Source: Caldilineaceae bacterium
GTDB lineage: Bacteria; Chloroflexota; Anaerolineae; Caldilineales; Caldilineaceae
NCBI GenBank assembly: GCA_965221145.1
Contig: OZ244877.1
Span: 2,002,743 to 2,066,742 of the forward strand
Direction: 5' to 3'
Length of the DNA stretch: 64,000 nucleotides
Part shown: piece by piece, positions 62,862 through 64,000 of the stretch
Layout: each line of letters opens with the position of its first letter
Numbering within the stretch: position 1 is the first letter of the stretch
Made by a program: the position numbers and the translations under genes
Notes under the pieces: generated by a model
Databases searched by the model: none
Told to the model about the DNA's origin: nothing
Seen by the model: only the letters and a program-made list of their open reading frames with translations

Positions 62862-63791
62862 ATGGCGAACCGCACACTCATGCTGGAGCAACTTGGCAGC
62901 GTATTTGCCGAAGAACAGGCGGAGGTATTGGCGAAAGTCATTTTCGATTCCTACAACGCTCTCGTGCGCCGTGACGACTTCAACGAACTCAAAGAAATCG
63001 TCCGTGACCTGGCGGAGTCTCAACAGCGCACGGATCAACACGTAGAGTTATTGGCGGAGTCTCAACAGCGCACGGAACAGCGTATGGAATCGTTAGCTGA
63101 GTCTCAACAGCGCACGGAACAGCGTATGGAATCGTTAGCTGAGTCTCAACAGCGCACGGATCAACACGTAGAGTTATTAGCTGAGGCTCAGCAGCGCACG
63201 GATCAACACGTAGAATTATTGGCGGAGTCTCAGCAGCGCACGGATCAACACGTAGAGTTATTGGCTGAGTCTCAACAGCGCACGGAACAGCGTATGGAAT
63301 CGTTAGCTGAGTCTCAACAGCGCACGGATCAACACGTAGAGTTATTGGCGGAGTCTCAACAGCGCACGGAATCCGCACTCCAGCAACTGGCCCGTCAAGT
63401 GGGCGGAATGAGCGACCGCATGGGCGGCGACTTGGAAGATGTGGCCGCCGCCATGATTCACGATCTGCTGGAGCGTGAGTTAGGCTGGCAGGTCGACGAA
63501 CTGGGACGCGTCTGGCAGAAGTGGGACGGAACGGAAGAAGAAATCGATGTCTTCGGCCATGCCCGTGACACGACCCGCCCGGACACATCGCTCTGGATTG
63601 TGGGAGAGGTGAAGTTCAACCTTACGATGCGGGATGTGGAACGTTTTGCCCTGCTGCTGGAGCGCGCCGCCCAGCACCTTGTAGGAGAAATCGTACCGGT
63701 ATGTTTCAGTTACCGCGTGCGCCCTGCCGTGCGAGAGGCTGTGAAAGAAGCTGGTTATCGCCTTGTCCTTTCCAACGGGCGGATGCTGTAG
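62862..63791 (+). CDS. Coiled-coil repeat protein with a C-terminal PD-(D/E)XK-like domain
   Basis: ATG 62862 (MANRTLMLEQ). 8.5 tandem 14-aa units (LAESQQRTDQHVEL / LAESQQRTEQRMES). C-terminus EEIDVFGHARD...LWIVGEVKFNLTMRDVERFA gives a D...E-V-K pattern. Confidence 0.65.
   Translation: MANRTLMLEQLGSVFAEEQAEVLAKVIFDSYNALVRRDDFNELKEIVRDLAESQQRTDQHVELLAESQQRTEQRMESLAESQQRTEQRMESLAESQQRTDQHVELLAEAQQRTDQHVELLAESQQRTDQHVELLAESQQRTEQRMESLAESQQRTDQHVELLAESQQRTESALQQLARQVGGMSDRMGGDLEDVAAAMIHDLLERELGWQVDELGRVWQKWDGTEEEIDVFGHARDTTRPDTSLWIVGEVKFNLTMRDVERFALLLERAAQHLVGEIVPVCFSYRVRPAVREAVKEAGYRLVLSNGRML
63009..63374 (+). repeat. Intragenic 42-bp tandem repeat, 8 full units plus a partial unit, two alternating variants
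   Basis: Unit D is GAGTCTCAACAGCGCACGGATCAACACGTAGAGTTATTGGCG. Unit E is GAGTCTCAACAGCGCACGGAACAGCGTATGGAATCGTTAGCT. Order is D E E D D D E D. Confidence 0.9.
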
Positions 63792-63816
63792 AAAGATGCT
63801 GGCGGCCTCCATCCCT

Positions 63817-64000
63817 TCATGCCGTCAGCAGAGGGTCTTTCACCTTGACTTGCCAACGCGCCAGTTCCCGCTCCAACCGTTCCCGTTCAGCAGTTGCACC
63901 ATCATCCAGCGAAAGATCATTCAACTCCCACGGATCCGACGCAATGTGGAATAACTGTGTGCGGTCGCTGCCCTCGTCTCCATCCTTCCGGTAGCTGATC
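63817..64000 (-). CDS. 3' end of a sulfatase-like gene (5' part outside the window)
   Basis: Hand translation of the minus strand: ISYRKDGDEGSDRTQLFHIASDPWELNDLSLDDGATAERERLERELARWQVKVKDPLLTA*. The LF..xxDPxEL.NL pattern is typical of arylsulfatase C-termini. Not in the ORF track because there is no start in the window. Confidence 0.4.
   Translation of the reverse strand, partial: ISYRKDGDEGSDRTQLFHIASDPWELNDLSLDDGATAERERLERELARWQVKVKDPLLTA

Overview
This 64-kb window is a high-GC bacterial chromosome segment coded almost entirely on the minus strand. All family calls come from reading motifs in the supplied translations and the DNA; no database search was possible. No tRNA or rRNA genes were seen.

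Left half (1-32 kb), an accessory/defence region:
- A TPR protein and a PIN-toxin (VapBC-like) pair.
- A complete type I-E CRISPR-Cas locus (cas3-cas8e-cse2-cas7-cas5-cas6e-cas1-cas2). Its array has 53 repeats and 52 spacers (28-nt repeat GGTCTATCCCCGCGTGTGCGGGGGAACC on the + strand, 61-bp period). One solitary repeat lies between cas6e and cas1.
- A DUF4143-type AAA ATPase and a decayed IS3-family transposase. A 75-bp copy of its end also sits on the far side of the CRISPR island.
- A visibly AT-richer island holding a DUF3800 gene and a Gabija pair (gajA, gajB). A stand-alone B3-like DNA-binding ORF precedes the Gabija pair.
- An MmeI-family type IIL restriction-modification gene. Downstream of it lie three detached direct copies of its own 3' end, interleaved with four paralogous small coiled-coil ORFs. 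This is the most unusual structure in the window.
- A ~171-bp tandem repeat array (about 6-7 units), each unit carrying a 10-bp-stem hairpin.

Right half (32-64 kb), core metabolism:
- An acyl-CoA dehydrogenase, an acyl-CoA ligase and a sugar-phosphate isomerase.
- A long minus-strand supercluster: ilvB-ilvN-ilvC-leuA-gltB-gltD-leuC-leuD-[SAM MTase + C5-MTase/REase insertion]-leuB-ppc-cimA-ilvD.
- A candidate Ile/Leu/Val-rich leader peptide plus intrinsic terminator upstream of ilvB.
- A coiled-coil protein with 8.5 near-perfect 42-bp repeats and a PD-(D/E)XK-like C-terminus.
- A truncated sulfatase-like gene at the window edge.
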